Virus record (IMG/VR): IMGVR_UViG_3300020128_000040
Direction: 5' to 3' (one strand)
Source: a virus
Lineage: Duplodnaviria > Heunggongvirae > Uroviricota > Caudoviricetes > Herelleviridae
DNA length: 64,000 bases
Below, piece by piece: positions 55,942-64,000 of this stretch. The translations under genes were made by a program, and so were the position numbers. The notes under the pieces are model-generated. The model was not told the DNA's origin and searched no databases. It worked only from the letters and a program-made list of their open reading frames with translations. Numbering within the stretch: the first letter of the stretch is position 1; each line of letters begins with the position of its first letter.

Positions 55942-56316
55942 TCAGCTGCCCTCTCGGGGCAGCACCGTGACCGTGGCGTGCTCACAAGCATCAGCCTCCA
56001 GGGCCTCCTTGAGGTCCATCGCGGCCATGTCGCCGTCGAGGCGCAGGACGCACTTGGTCTCGATGTGGCCGCGGCGCAGGCCCGTGGTGAGCGAGCGGGG
56101 GCGGTGCCCCAGGTGCTCCAGGGCGGCGTAGACGCCCGTGTACCACTGCTGGGCCATGTCGTCGGCCTGGCGCTCGGTGATGCCGTCGGTCTCCACTGGG
56201 TGGCCCACGGTGACCTCGTAGCGCTGCTTGCGGCGGCCGCCCCCGACGCCCAGCAGGCGCTGGACCATCGAGATGGACGCCGGGCTGTCCGGACGTTGGT
56301 TGTCTGGCTGTGTCAT
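55942..56316 (-). CDS. hypothetical protein
   Basis: 124 aa, ATGA-coupled to the Panacea-like gene. Confidence 0.65.
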   Translation of the reverse strand: MTQPDNQRPDSPASISMVQRLLGVGGGRRKQRYEVTVGHPVETDGITERQADDMAQQWYTGVYAALEHLGHRPRSLTTGLRRGHIETKCVLRLDGDMAAMDLKEALEADACEHATVTVLPREGS

Positions 56317-56786
56317 GCTCTGTTCGATCCCCTCCTGCGGGCGCGCGAGCGCGCCTTGACGACGGCAGCGGCGGTCGCCGCTGCTAGTGCGGCCACGACG
56401 GCGGCCGCTGCTTTCTTGAACACCCTCGCCGGCGGCATGGGCGCTTGTTGGTCGCTGCTGTCGGGCGCGAGGCCCTCGGCCTCCATGCGCGCCCCCACCC
56501 TCGCCTGGACCTCGGGGTCGGTGAGCCGGTCGGCGAGCATTTGGGCGTCGACGAGGAACTCGCCCTTCAGCGCCTCATAGAGCACCGGGACGACGGGGCC
56601 GTTGGCCCACGCCTCGATCCGCTCAGGGAAGAGCGGCACGCCGTCCCACGCCAGGTGCCAGGCCTGGCTGTAGTAGACCAGGCGCTGCAGCTTCATGTGG
56701 GTCATCGGGCCGTGCTTGCCCAGGATGTACGTGGCGACGTCGAGGACGCCGGCGCTGCTGGTCCTCCTGGTTCCTTGGGCGCTCAT
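56313..56786 (-). CDS. Panacea/SocA (DUF4065)-like antitoxin, N-terminal half only
   Basis: DVATYIL...MKLQRLVYYSQAWHLA...PLF...IEAWANGPV; no TH.E.PW C-terminal motif seen. Confidence 0.8.
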   Translation of the reverse strand: MSAQGTRRTSSAGVLDVATYILGKHGPMTHMKLQRLVYYSQAWHLAWDGVPLFPERIEAWANGPVVPVLYEALKGEFLVDAQMLADRLTDPEVQARVGARMEAEGLAPDSSDQQAPMPPARVFKKAAAAVVAALAAATAAAVVKARSRARRRGSNRA

Positions 56787-57091
56787 ACGAGCACCCTGAC
56801 CAGCACAGCGCGGGAGTCGAACGGCCCCACGCGCAGGTCGGAGACCTCCTCGACCAGCCCAGAGGCGGCCAGGGAGGCGGCGACGCCCTCGCCCTCGGAC
56901 CAGTCCTTGATGTGGACATGGCCGGCCGGGGCGGCGACGCCGTAGGCGGCGAGGTTGACGGACAGGGTCTCGGGCCCCTCGTCGGTCATGAGGACCAGCG
57001 CGCGCTGGTCGTCGTCGTGCTCCACGGAGCCGGCCAGGGCGATGCCGGGGAACTGCACGGTGATGTCTTGTCTGATTTGCTGGAAGGCCAT
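56783..57091 (-). CDS. hypothetical protein
   Basis: LSVNL...IKDWSEGEGV..SL; 102 aa. Confidence 0.65.
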   Translation of the reverse strand: MAFQQIRQDITVQFPGIALAGSVEHDDDQRALVLMTDEGPETLSVNLAAYGVAAPAGHVHIKDWSEGEGVAASLAASGLVEEVSDLRVGPFDSRAVLVRVLV

Positions 57092-57131
57092 GGCTCGGCT
57101 CTCTTTCTGCTTGATGGGCGGTGCTGGTGGG

Positions 57132-57635
57132 TCAGGGTTGTATCACAGCCAGGAGGGCCGGGCCTTCGAGCCGCTGGGCGAGCCTGGTGATGCGGTCCGC
57201 CTCCTGCGGGGGCAGCACCGGGTCGAAACGGCCGGTGGCGCGCAGGGACGCGAGGTTGAGCGCCAGGCGCGCGGCGTGCCTGCGCCTCTTGAGGTCGCCA
57301 TGGGCGAACTTGCGGATCGTGCGCTCGTACTTGTCGAAGACGTCAGCCCCGGCCACGCGCATCGACTCGATCATCGGGCGGTAGGGCAGGCCCTCGACCG
57401 TCCACTCCTTGAACGGGGAGAACAAGGCCTCCACGCTCTGGTGCGAGCCGGAGGCGGCGTGGGCCAGGAACTGGTCCAGGCCCCTGGTGGAGCAGTCGGT
57501 GCCGTCGGGCAGGAAGCCGTGGCGGGCGCCTGGGCGGGATGAGGAGGTGACGACGAACACGTCGGTGTCGGAGCCCGCGTGGGCGAGCCCGTACAGGCGT
57601 GAGCCGTGGATCGTTCTGAACAGCTCCTGCGGCAT
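57132..57635 (-). CDS. RlaP-like (Nuc-transf) nucleotidyltransferase
   Basis: IHGSRLYGLAHAGSDTDVFVV (GS...DxD), EALFSP, HAARL; GAGGAGG RBS. Confidence 0.78.
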   Translation of the reverse strand: MPQELFRTIHGSRLYGLAHAGSDTDVFVVTSSSRPGARHGFLPDGTDCSTRGLDQFLAHAASGSHQSVEALFSPFKEWTVEGLPYRPMIESMRVAGADVFDKYERTIRKFAHGDLKRRRHAARLALNLASLRATGRFDPVLPPQEADRITRLAQRLEGPALLAVIQP

Positions 57636-57669
57636 CGTGGCCACCTCCTCCTCCATCATTCGTGGCGCA

Positions 57670-58188
57670 TCAGACCTGGTACGGCCGGCCGAAGGCCTCG
57701 ACCTGGTGGCGCACGGCGACCACGCCCTGGCCCACGGCCAGCTGCCAGCGGTCGCCCGGGTCCTCGCCCTGGGCGTCGATGACGCCGGTGAGCTCGTGGT
57801 CGCAGGTGAACGACGCCAGCCGCGGGTCCTCGGACATGTGCGCGTCGATGTACGCGCGGGCCGAGGGGGCCAGCAGCTTCTCGACCAGGTACTTCATCCA
57901 GGCGTCGGCGTCGTAGAACTTCTCCGCGCCGTTCCAGGCGATGGAGGCCCCGTCGTCGGACGGCTCCCAGCACAGCCAGAGGCCGGGCTGGTCGGGGTGG
58001 GGCTGGTTGGAGTCGATCACGTCGGGCGCGTCGTAGTGCATGAAGCCCTGGTTCGGCTCCACGTGCAGCGGGCCCTTCGTGCGGTTCATCCTGCGCGAGT
58101 CGGCCAGGTCCTTGAGGAACGAGACCTCGTCGGCGTTCAGCGGCGGGGTGACGGCGATCTCGCCGTCGAACTCTGTGGTGTAGCCCAT
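57670..58188 (-). CDS. conserved phage/plasmid-like hypothetical protein
   Basis: MGYTTEFDG, QPGLWLCW, WNGAEKFY...W.KYL; strong RBS. Confidence 0.75.
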   Translation of the reverse strand: MGYTTEFDGEIAVTPPLNADEVSFLKDLADSRRMNRTKGPLHVEPNQGFMHYDAPDVIDSNQPHPDQPGLWLCWEPSDDGASIAWNGAEKFYDADAWMKYLVEKLLAPSARAYIDAHMSEDPRLASFTCDHELTGVIDAQGEDPGDRWQLAVGQGVVAVRHQVEAFGRPYQV

Positions 58189-58239
58189 GGTCGGGATCTC
58201 TTTCTTTTGTGGGACGGTGGCGGGTCGGGGTTGGGCAGC

Positions 58240-58776
58240 TCAACCGAAGACGACGACGCCCTCGTCGGCGGCCAGGGTGAGGCCCGTGAGCCAGCCCTCG
58301 TAGGCCGCGAGGTCGTACTCGTCCAGGCGCTCGCGCGCCAGGTCGTGGTGCTGGCGGAAGTCCGCCAGCAGGTCGTCAGCGGCCTCATGGCCGATCGCGC
58401 CCTCGTTGTCGGCGAAGTTGATCAGCTCGAAGAACGGCTGCTCGGAGTAGGACACGGGGTCGTGCCACACCTGGGAGGGCGTGAGCCCGACCAGGCCAGC
58501 CAGCGCCTCGCGGAAGGCGCCGTAGCCACTGTAGGAGCGGCTCATGACCAGGGCCGTCTCGGTGGCGTCCGTGGTGCGGTAGACAGCGCGGGCGATGAAG
58601 CCGTCGTCGTCGGGCACGTCGTGGCCGGGGATGCCCCGCGTGGAGGCCTCGAAGCCGCCGTAGGCCATGGTGGTGACCAGCTCGGCGCCGCCCTGCTGGA
58701 CGTCGTCCCAGGCCTGCTCAGGGGTCATGCCGGGGACGTGCTCCAGCTTGCTGTACGCGATGATCGAGACTCCCAT
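58240..58776 (-). CDS. hypothetical protein
   Basis: MGVSI.AY...SYSGYGAFRE.LA...PFFELINFADNEG. Confidence 0.72.
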   Translation of the reverse strand: MGVSIIAYSKLEHVPGMTPEQAWDDVQQGGAELVTTMAYGGFEASTRGIPGHDVPDDDGFIARAVYRTTDATETALVMSRSYSGYGAFREALAGLVGLTPSQVWHDPVSYSEQPFFELINFADNEGAIGHEAADDLLADFRQHHDLARERLDEYDLAAYEGWLTGLTLAADEGVVVFG

Positions 58777-58843
58777 GACGGGGCCCCCTCTCCAGTAGGT
58801 GTGATGAGTGAGTGCTTCTACCAGACCACCCGGGCCCGCCCCC

Positions 58844-61147
58844 TCAGGGGCGGGACTCCAGGGCGTCGAAGACGCCGGCCAGGTCGAGGCGGGGCGTCCC
58901 GTCGAGACCTGCCACGTCGAACGCGCCAGCCCTGACGGCCTCCAGGAGGCCGGCCTGGGCCAGCGAGCGCTCCAGCTCCAGGTTGGCGCGCCCGAGAGTG
59001 TCGGAGGCGCCGCGCCAGTAGCGCTCCAGCGGCGTGCGCACGGCCTTGCGGGCCGAGTAGCCGGCCGCCTTGACCTTGGAGCGGTAGTCCGCCGCGTCGA
59101 CGAGCACGGCGCCCTCATGCAGGTCGGCCTCGGCCGCCGCGATGAGCGCGTCGATCCCCTCGGGGCCCTCGGCCACGCCCATGACGCTGTCGTGGGCGAG
59201 CTCCAGGGAGAACCTCCTGGCGATGTTGCGCGCCATGCGGTCGTCCGTGCGGAAGGCCTCCTGGTTGCGGATCGCGTCCAGGAGCACCAGCCGGTCGGGG
59301 CCGGGCTCGTTGACTGGGTGCGGGTCGTCGGAGCGCAGCGCCTCGAACACGGCCGTGACGCCGGTGCGCTCCAGCATCTCTCGCAGCTGCACGCAGCCCT
59401 GGGAGGTGAGCTCGGTCAGGAGCATCCGCTTGGCCGCCTCGGCGTAGGGCGTGGCGCCCGACTTCGAGAACACGGCGAGATGCCCGTGGACCGAGGCCAC
59501 GAGCACGAGGTAGCCGTTGTACTTCTTCACGGCCCGCACCGGGTACGCGGTGACGGAGGGGTCCTCCCACTGGGCCAGCGACCGGCCGGGCTCCTCGCCG
59601 ATGTGGAAGAACTTCTCGTACCCGCGCGCCAGGACCTCGCCGGTGGACGAGTCCATGAACAGGCCCCGGGCGTGCACGGAGACGTCGTCCCACGCGCCCT
59701 CCTGGAAGGCCTGCCGGGTGAAGTTCGCAGCCACGACCCCGTCCCAGCCCTCGACGGGCCGGACGGTGACGTGCGCGCTGGAGCGCATGCGCTCCAGCAG
59801 CGGCAGGGCGGGCTCCTTGCGGCGCAGCCAGGGCATCTGCGAGAAGTGCGCAGCAGAGGCGGCGTCCACGCCGTCGGCGTACTCGTGCAGCTCCGGGGCG
59901 TCAGAGCCCCTGGTGATGACGGCGACGCGGACGTGGCCGCCGGTGGAGGCGCCGGCCTCCAGGCACACGACCGGCCCGTCGGGCGTCTCGCGCACGGCGG
60001 GGACGGGGCCCTCATTGGCGCGGCCGTTGCGGTGGCCGTGCAGCTGCCTGCCGGCCAGGTCGAACGACCCGACGTCGTACGACGTCTTGCCGCGGTAGGC
60101 GTGCGCCCGGTCGCCGGTGCCGTAGACGAGCTCGGCGTCGGCGACATGGAGCATCGACGACAGGGCCCGGCGGCGGACCGCCTCGGACACGCCGCCGTGG
60201 GTGACCAGCCACGGGCGCGACGGCGAGCCGTCGGCGCGCGGGGCGCCCGGGATCAGCACCAGCGGCACCGTGGCGTCCACGAAGGCGGCCTGCTGGCCGG
60301 CCATGACCCCGTGGGCCAGCAAGGCGTCACGGGTCTCGCGGGTGTCTGGGAACGGCGCGCGCGCCGTGTTGTTGGCGACGGCCCGCAGGTTCAGCTCATG
60401 GTTGCCGGTGACGACGGTCGCCCTGCCCTCGGCCAGCAGGCCGTGCACCAGGTCCCAGACCCCCACGGGGTCGGGGCCGCGGTCGAACAGGTCCCCGGCG
60501 AACACCCAGCGGGTGCCCGGGGCGTCCAGCTCGGCGACCGCCTGGCGCAGGGGCGCGGAGCACGAGTGCACGTCGCCCACCACGACCACGCGGTCGGCGT
60601 TGACGGTCTGCGGCAGCACGAGGTCGTGCGTGAGCAGGAGCGCGTTCTGCACTTCCTGGGCGGTCCCGGCGATGACGGGCGCGCCCTGAGGCACAGCCTT
60701 GTCGCATCCGGCCTCCCACATCTCGCGCAGGCGGTCCTCGTCGAGCGCGTCCGTGCCCCGGTGGGCGTTGCGGCGCAGCAGCTCCTCGAACGGGACGTCG
60801 CCCTGCACGTCGACGACGAAGGGGCGGTAGCCGTGGCGGCGGGCCCGGCGCACCAGGTCGGACTGGTCGCGCAGGGGCAGGCTGGTGGCGTCCCACACGA
60901 CGGTGTGGCCGTCGGCCATGCGGGCCTCCAGCGCCGCGAAGGCGGCGTCGACGGCGGCGCGGTCGACCTCGGAGCGCACCCGCAGGGTGGCGGAGGGGGC
61001 GCCGTCGGCGTCGAAGCAGGACACCGGGGCCGCGAACAGCTCCCGGAACCGGTCGAAGCCGAGGGCGAGGGGCTCGAGGCCCAGCTCGTGGACGAGGCTG
61101 GTCTTGCCGGAGCCGGGGGCCCCGCGGAGTATCAGCATGACGCGCAT
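58844..61147 (-). CDS. polynucleotide kinase-metallophosphoesterase-RNA ligase fusion (Pnkp-like, Rnl1-type ligase)
   Basis: GAPGSGKT, FDRFR, VWDAT (kinase); GDVH, GDLFDRGPD, GNHE, HGG, HGH (calcineurin-like phosphoesterase); ARGYEKFF, KYNG, FE, EGAV, KVK (covalent nucleotidyltransferase motifs). Confidence 0.9.
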   Translation of the reverse strand: MRVMLILRGAPGSGKTSLVHELGLEPLALGFDRFRELFAAPVSCFDADGAPSATLRVRSEVDRAAVDAAFAALEARMADGHTVVWDATSLPLRDQSDLVRRARRHGYRPFVVDVQGDVPFEELLRRNAHRGTDALDEDRLREMWEAGCDKAVPQGAPVIAGTAQEVQNALLLTHDLVLPQTVNADRVVVVGDVHSCSAPLRQAVAELDAPGTRWVFAGDLFDRGPDPVGVWDLVHGLLAEGRATVVTGNHELNLRAVANNTARAPFPDTRETRDALLAHGVMAGQQAAFVDATVPLVLIPGAPRADGSPSRPWLVTHGGVSEAVRRRALSSMLHVADAELVYGTGDRAHAYRGKTSYDVGSFDLAGRQLHGHRNGRANEGPVPAVRETPDGPVVCLEAGASTGGHVRVAVITRGSDAPELHEYADGVDAASAAHFSQMPWLRRKEPALPLLERMRSSAHVTVRPVEGWDGVVAANFTRQAFQEGAWDDVSVHARGLFMDSSTGEVLARGYEKFFHIGEEPGRSLAQWEDPSVTAYPVRAVKKYNGYLVLVASVHGHLAVFSKSGATPYAEAAKRMLLTELTSQGCVQLREMLERTGVTAVFEALRSDDPHPVNEPGPDRLVLLDAIRNQEAFRTDDRMARNIARRFSLELAHDSVMGVAEGPEGIDALIAAAEADLHEGAVLVDAADYRSKVKAAGYSARKAVRTPLERYWRGASDTLGRANLELERSLAQAGLLEAVRAGAFDVAGLDGTPRLDLAGVFDALESRP

Positions 61148-61203
61148 GGGTCAGCCTCTCTTCCTGGTCGGTGGATCGGGTGATGGCAATGATGGCAATG
61201 GTG

Positions 61204-61277
61204 CGCCCCAGGCAGGACTCGAACCTGCGACAACGCGGCGTAGGAGGCCGCTGCTCTGTCCACTGAGCTACTGGAGC
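61204..61277 (-). tRNA. tRNA-Arg(CCT)
   Basis: Folded by hand: acceptor GCTCCAG/CTGGGGC, D arm GCTC/GAGC, anticodon stem GCGGC/GCCGC with loop CT-CCT-AC, T arm GCAGG-TTCGAGT-CCTGC. Confidence 0.93.
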
Positions 61278-61296
61278 TGGCCGGGGCGGGGGCGGC

Positions 61297-61476
61297 TCAG
61301 CCCTGCTCGCGCAGGGCCCGGCGGGCCTCCCTGGCGCCCTGCTGCCGACGGGTGCGGCCGTCGGACTTCTTGTAGTACTTGCCAGTGCGGCAGTACGCGC
61401 ACCCGCCGTTGGCGGACTCGGGGCAGTTCTTGCCGGAGCGCGGGCGGCCCTTCTGGTCGCGGTCACTGCGGGACAT
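61297..61476 (-). CDS. 59-aa basic Cys-containing protein
   Basis: Manual translation MSRSDRDQKGRPRSGKNCPESANGGCAYCRTGKYYKKSDGRTRRQQGAREARRALREQG; GAGGAGG RBS. Confidence 0.6.
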   Translation of the reverse strand: MSRSDRDQKGRPRSGKNCPESANGGCAYCRTGKYYKKSDGRTRRQQGAREARRALREQG

Positions 61477-62104
61477 CAGGGGCCTCCTCTGTGTCGGCGC
61501 TGTCGGCGGGGTCGATGGCGACCCGGATGGTCATGGCGTCCTCGTAGGCGTCGCGGTCTGCGGTACTCAGGACCTCCACCCCCTGTACCGCCATGGGGCC
61601 CAGCAGCGGTCCGTCAGGGCCCAGCACGATCAGTTGGCGGGTGTGGATGGAAGAGAGCACCAGGTCGGAGGCCGGTAGTACCCAGTCGATGGCACGGTCG
61701 GACGAGGCCACCTGCTCGGGTACGAGGTACACGTCCAGGCCCCCGCGGTGGCTGGACTCCCAGTAGAAGCCGAGCATGCCCGCCCGCAGGCGGGACATGG
61801 CCAGCTCCGCGGTGGAGAAGCCGCCGGAGACCAGCTCCAGCCTGCGCACGCGGCGGTGGCGCGGGCTCAGCGGGTCTTCCTCGTACTCGGGGGCGAGGCG
61901 GACGAAGCCGTTCATCAGGGCCTGGCGGGCCCACTCGACCAGCTGGTCGAAGGTGCCGGTGAAGCCCTCGTCGATCCAGGCCTCGCGCCGGCCCTGCTCC
62001 GTCTCGGAGAACGGGGTGACGTCCTCGGCGGCGTCGAGCAGCCCCTCGAGGATGTCCTCGGGGAGGCCGCCGATGATGTCTTCGTACGGGTCCTGCTGGG
62101 CCAT
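61463..62104 (-). CDS. hypothetical protein
   Basis: GAGGAGG RBS before MAQQDPY; LELVSGGFS...FYWESSHRGG. Confidence 0.7.
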   Translation of the reverse strand: MAQQDPYEDIIGGLPEDILEGLLDAAEDVTPFSETEQGRREAWIDEGFTGTFDQLVEWARQALMNGFVRLAPEYEEDPLSPRHRRVRRLELVSGGFSTAELAMSRLRAGMLGFYWESSHRGGLDVYLVPEQVASSDRAIDWVLPASDLVLSSIHTRQLIVLGPDGPLLGPMAVQGVEVLSTADRDAYEDAMTIRVAIDPADSADTEEAPDVPQ

Positions 62105-62123
62105 GGCGGCCTCCTCTTCTTGG

Positions 62124-63440
62124 TCAGATGGTGTGGATCTTGCGTCCGGTGACGGTCCCGAGTGTGGCGTCGCCGCGCACGAAGCCGTCCACCCAGATGA
62201 CACGGTGCTGCTGGGTCGAGGCGTACCACTGGTTGCGCCAGTGGCCCCGCACCCAGTGCGCCCGCAGCCTGCGGCCGGTGACGGCCTCGAGCTGGTACCG
62301 GCCATGCTCGCTGTTCTTCAGGGAGACCACGCGTATGCGGCGGTCCTTCGGGGCCGAGGCGGCCTTGCGCCGCTGCTTCTTAGTGGCGGGCAGCTCGTCG
62401 GCCCCATTCCCGGGCTCCCCGACGACGGTCTGTGGCGACCGCAGCAGAGCTTGCACTGAGCGGAGCAGCCCTATGTTGGCGTGCATGATCCCGTGGTCGC
62501 CCTCGGAGACGGCCAGGCCGTACGGAAAGAAGGCGTGGTTCAGCACCCGGAACACTGGGTGGCTGTCGGTGTGCAGGTTCCGGAACACAGGCTCGCCGGC
62601 GTCACGCGCGGCCTTGAAGGCGGCGTCACTGATAGCAGCCTCGTGATTGGCGTTGATGAGGGTGTTGACTGTCACGGCCGGGCCCCGGGATGATATTCCG
62701 TGCTGCCATGTGAGCCCGTAGACGGGCACATCGACACCGCCTATGGTGTTCCCCAGGGCGGGCTCGGTCACCGGCGTCCTGAACATCACGATGCCGTTCG
62801 GCGCGACCATCTCGTCCTGGTGCAGCGGTGTCCGCGGGTGCTCCAGTGCCGCAGCTACAACCATGTCGGTGAAGTCCTCGCCCCCGAGCACGACGAACGT
62901 GTCATCGTCGGCCCAGAGCTCGGCTTCCAGCGACGCCCATATCCGTGGGTATTCGGCGAAGGGCGTGTCCATCGACAGCTTGTCCCCGTGCTCGACGAGC
63001 TTCATGGCCCATTCCAGTGGGGCATGCGGCGAGAGCGCCCACCGTGTGTGCGCAGCGATGGCCGACGCCATGCTCGAAGGCGTGAGTGTTGGGGGCAGGG
63101 CGTGTTTCCTCATGAGGGGCACATGAGGCATGGAGACGAGGAGCACGCCGTTCCCGGCCGGGACGAACACCATGCCCGACTTCTCCACGACCTCACGGGG
63201 GCCGGCGTAGAGAGGCGTTGGCACGCCAGGGGCCTCCGACGCCAGCTCGTACAGGTAGGACTCGCGGGCGTCGAGGGTGAGGACGTCCTCGTTGGGGGCC
63301 GGTTTCGGCCACGCCCTCTCGGCAGGGACACCGCCTGGGCCGGTGAGCTTGACGGCGTCCACGAGGTAGCCGGGCTGCTCAGGAGGGTTGTCGGGGTGCT
63401 TCCGCCTCAGTATGGCGTAACGGTCAGCGCTGGTCTTCAT
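62124..63440 (-). CDS. hypothetical protein with C-terminal HWVRGHWR motif
   Basis: 438 aa; AAGGAGG RBS; RAHWVRGHWRNQWY...IWVDGFVRG. Confidence 0.75.
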   Translation of the reverse strand: MKTSADRYAILRRKHPDNPPEQPGYLVDAVKLTGPGGVPAERAWPKPAPNEDVLTLDARESYLYELASEAPGVPTPLYAGPREVVEKSGMVFVPAGNGVLLVSMPHVPLMRKHALPPTLTPSSMASAIAAHTRWALSPHAPLEWAMKLVEHGDKLSMDTPFAEYPRIWASLEAELWADDDTFVVLGGEDFTDMVVAAALEHPRTPLHQDEMVAPNGIVMFRTPVTEPALGNTIGGVDVPVYGLTWQHGISSRGPAVTVNTLINANHEAAISDAAFKAARDAGEPVFRNLHTDSHPVFRVLNHAFFPYGLAVSEGDHGIMHANIGLLRSVQALLRSPQTVVGEPGNGADELPATKKQRRKAASAPKDRRIRVVSLKNSEHGRYQLEAVTGRRLRAHWVRGHWRNQWYASTQQHRVIWVDGFVRGDATLGTVTGRKIHTI

Positions 63441-63444
63441 GGGG

Positions 63445-64000
63445 TCATCCCTCCTTGGCGTGCGAGCCGTCGGCGTAGTCGATCGCGAAGCCGGCGGCGG
63501 TGTTGGACACCTCGACCCGCAGGTCGAGGGAGCCGTCGCACGAGGCCACGTCCACCAGCACGGAGCGGGGGACGAGCTCGTCGCCGGTGTAGACCGGCGC
63601 GGCGGCGTAGTAGAGCGGGCACTCGGCGTTGGCCGGGTCGTCCAGGTACTGGCGGGCCAGCAGCTCGGTGAAGGCCATGCCGCCGGAGTACTGGCCGCCC
63701 GTCTGGGCCGAGCCCACGTTCTGGGTGCGGGTGCCGGTGACCAGGTTCTCCAGGACGGCGCCGCCGCCCAGGGAGTCGGCCAGCAGGTGCGAGCGGTTCC
63801 ACAGCCAGCCGGAGTAGGCCTTGGAGCCCTCCACGCCCTCCAGCGCGGGGATCTTCACCTGCGGGTTGGAGCCCGGCCAGCCGGCCGGGTCGACGTTGAT
63901 GTCCTGGCGGCCGCGGTCCTGGGCCTCCTGGCGCAGCTGCGGGGTCAGCGAGCCGTAGGCGCATACGGCCCTGCCGAGGTCGTCGAGAGGGCAGTAGGAG
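63445..64000 (-). CDS. DNA/RNA non-specific endonuclease (streptodornase-like), 5' end outside the window
   Basis: YCPLDDLGR, PAGW, WNRSHLLADSLGG, ENLVTGTRTQN, GGM..E. Confidence 0.88.
   Translation of the reverse strand, partial: SYCPLDDLGRAVCAYGSLTPQLRQEAQDRGRQDINVDPAGWPGSNPQVKIPALEGVEGSKAYSGWLWNRSHLLADSLGGGAVLENLVTGTRTQNVGSAQTGGQYSGGMAFTELLARQYLDDPANAECPLYYAAAPVYTGDELVPRSVLVDVASCDGSLDLRVEVSNTAAGFAIDYADGSHAKEG

Noticed and set aside
61180-61200. Tandem TGATGGCAA repeat after the tRNA
   Set aside because: Only two units of 9 bp; no supportable function.
1-64000. Intact prophage or integrative conjugative element
   Set aside because: No terminase, portal, capsid, tail, integrase, relaxase or VirB4/VirD4 motif recognised here; they could lie outside the window, so this is unresolved rather than excluded.
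1-64000. Host genus assignment
   Set aside because: GC content, WhiB and class F sortase indicate Actinomycetota only; no marker gene allows finer placement.

Overview
A ~70% GC stretch that reads as part of a large actinobacterial extrachromosomal element (megaplasmid or phage-plasmid-like). WhiB and the class F sortase support an actinobacterial host. No virion, integrase or T4SS genes were recognisable in the window. Most genes lie on the minus strand. From left to right: (i) a UvrD helicase / Clp-type ATPase / vWA / MoxR ATPase block; (ii) an apparently self-contained replisome made of an AEP primase, a phage-type SSB, an SNF2 helicase, VRR-NUC, a family B DNA polymerase with an NTDG motif C, an SF3 (D5-like) helicase and RecJ, next to a mirror-symmetric repeat region that looks like an origin (19180-19710); (iii) a long phage-like run of small accessory genes (Pth2-like, HD hydrolases, RarA, WhiB, a Gly-Ser repeat protein); (iv) a ~2 kb non-coding control region with three distinct repeat families (35950-37820); (v) a plus-strand RHH + ParM partition operon, a class F sortase and a 1953-aa antigen I/II-like adhesin; (vi) a toxin-antitoxin/nucleotidyltransferase-rich segment; and (vii) an RNA-repair-like cluster (RlaP-like NTase, kinase-phosphatase-Rnl1-type ligase fusion, tRNA-Arg(CCT)). 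All calls come from motif recognition by eye and no searches were run. Start codons were chosen from RBS and overlap logic and often differ from the supplied ORF track.
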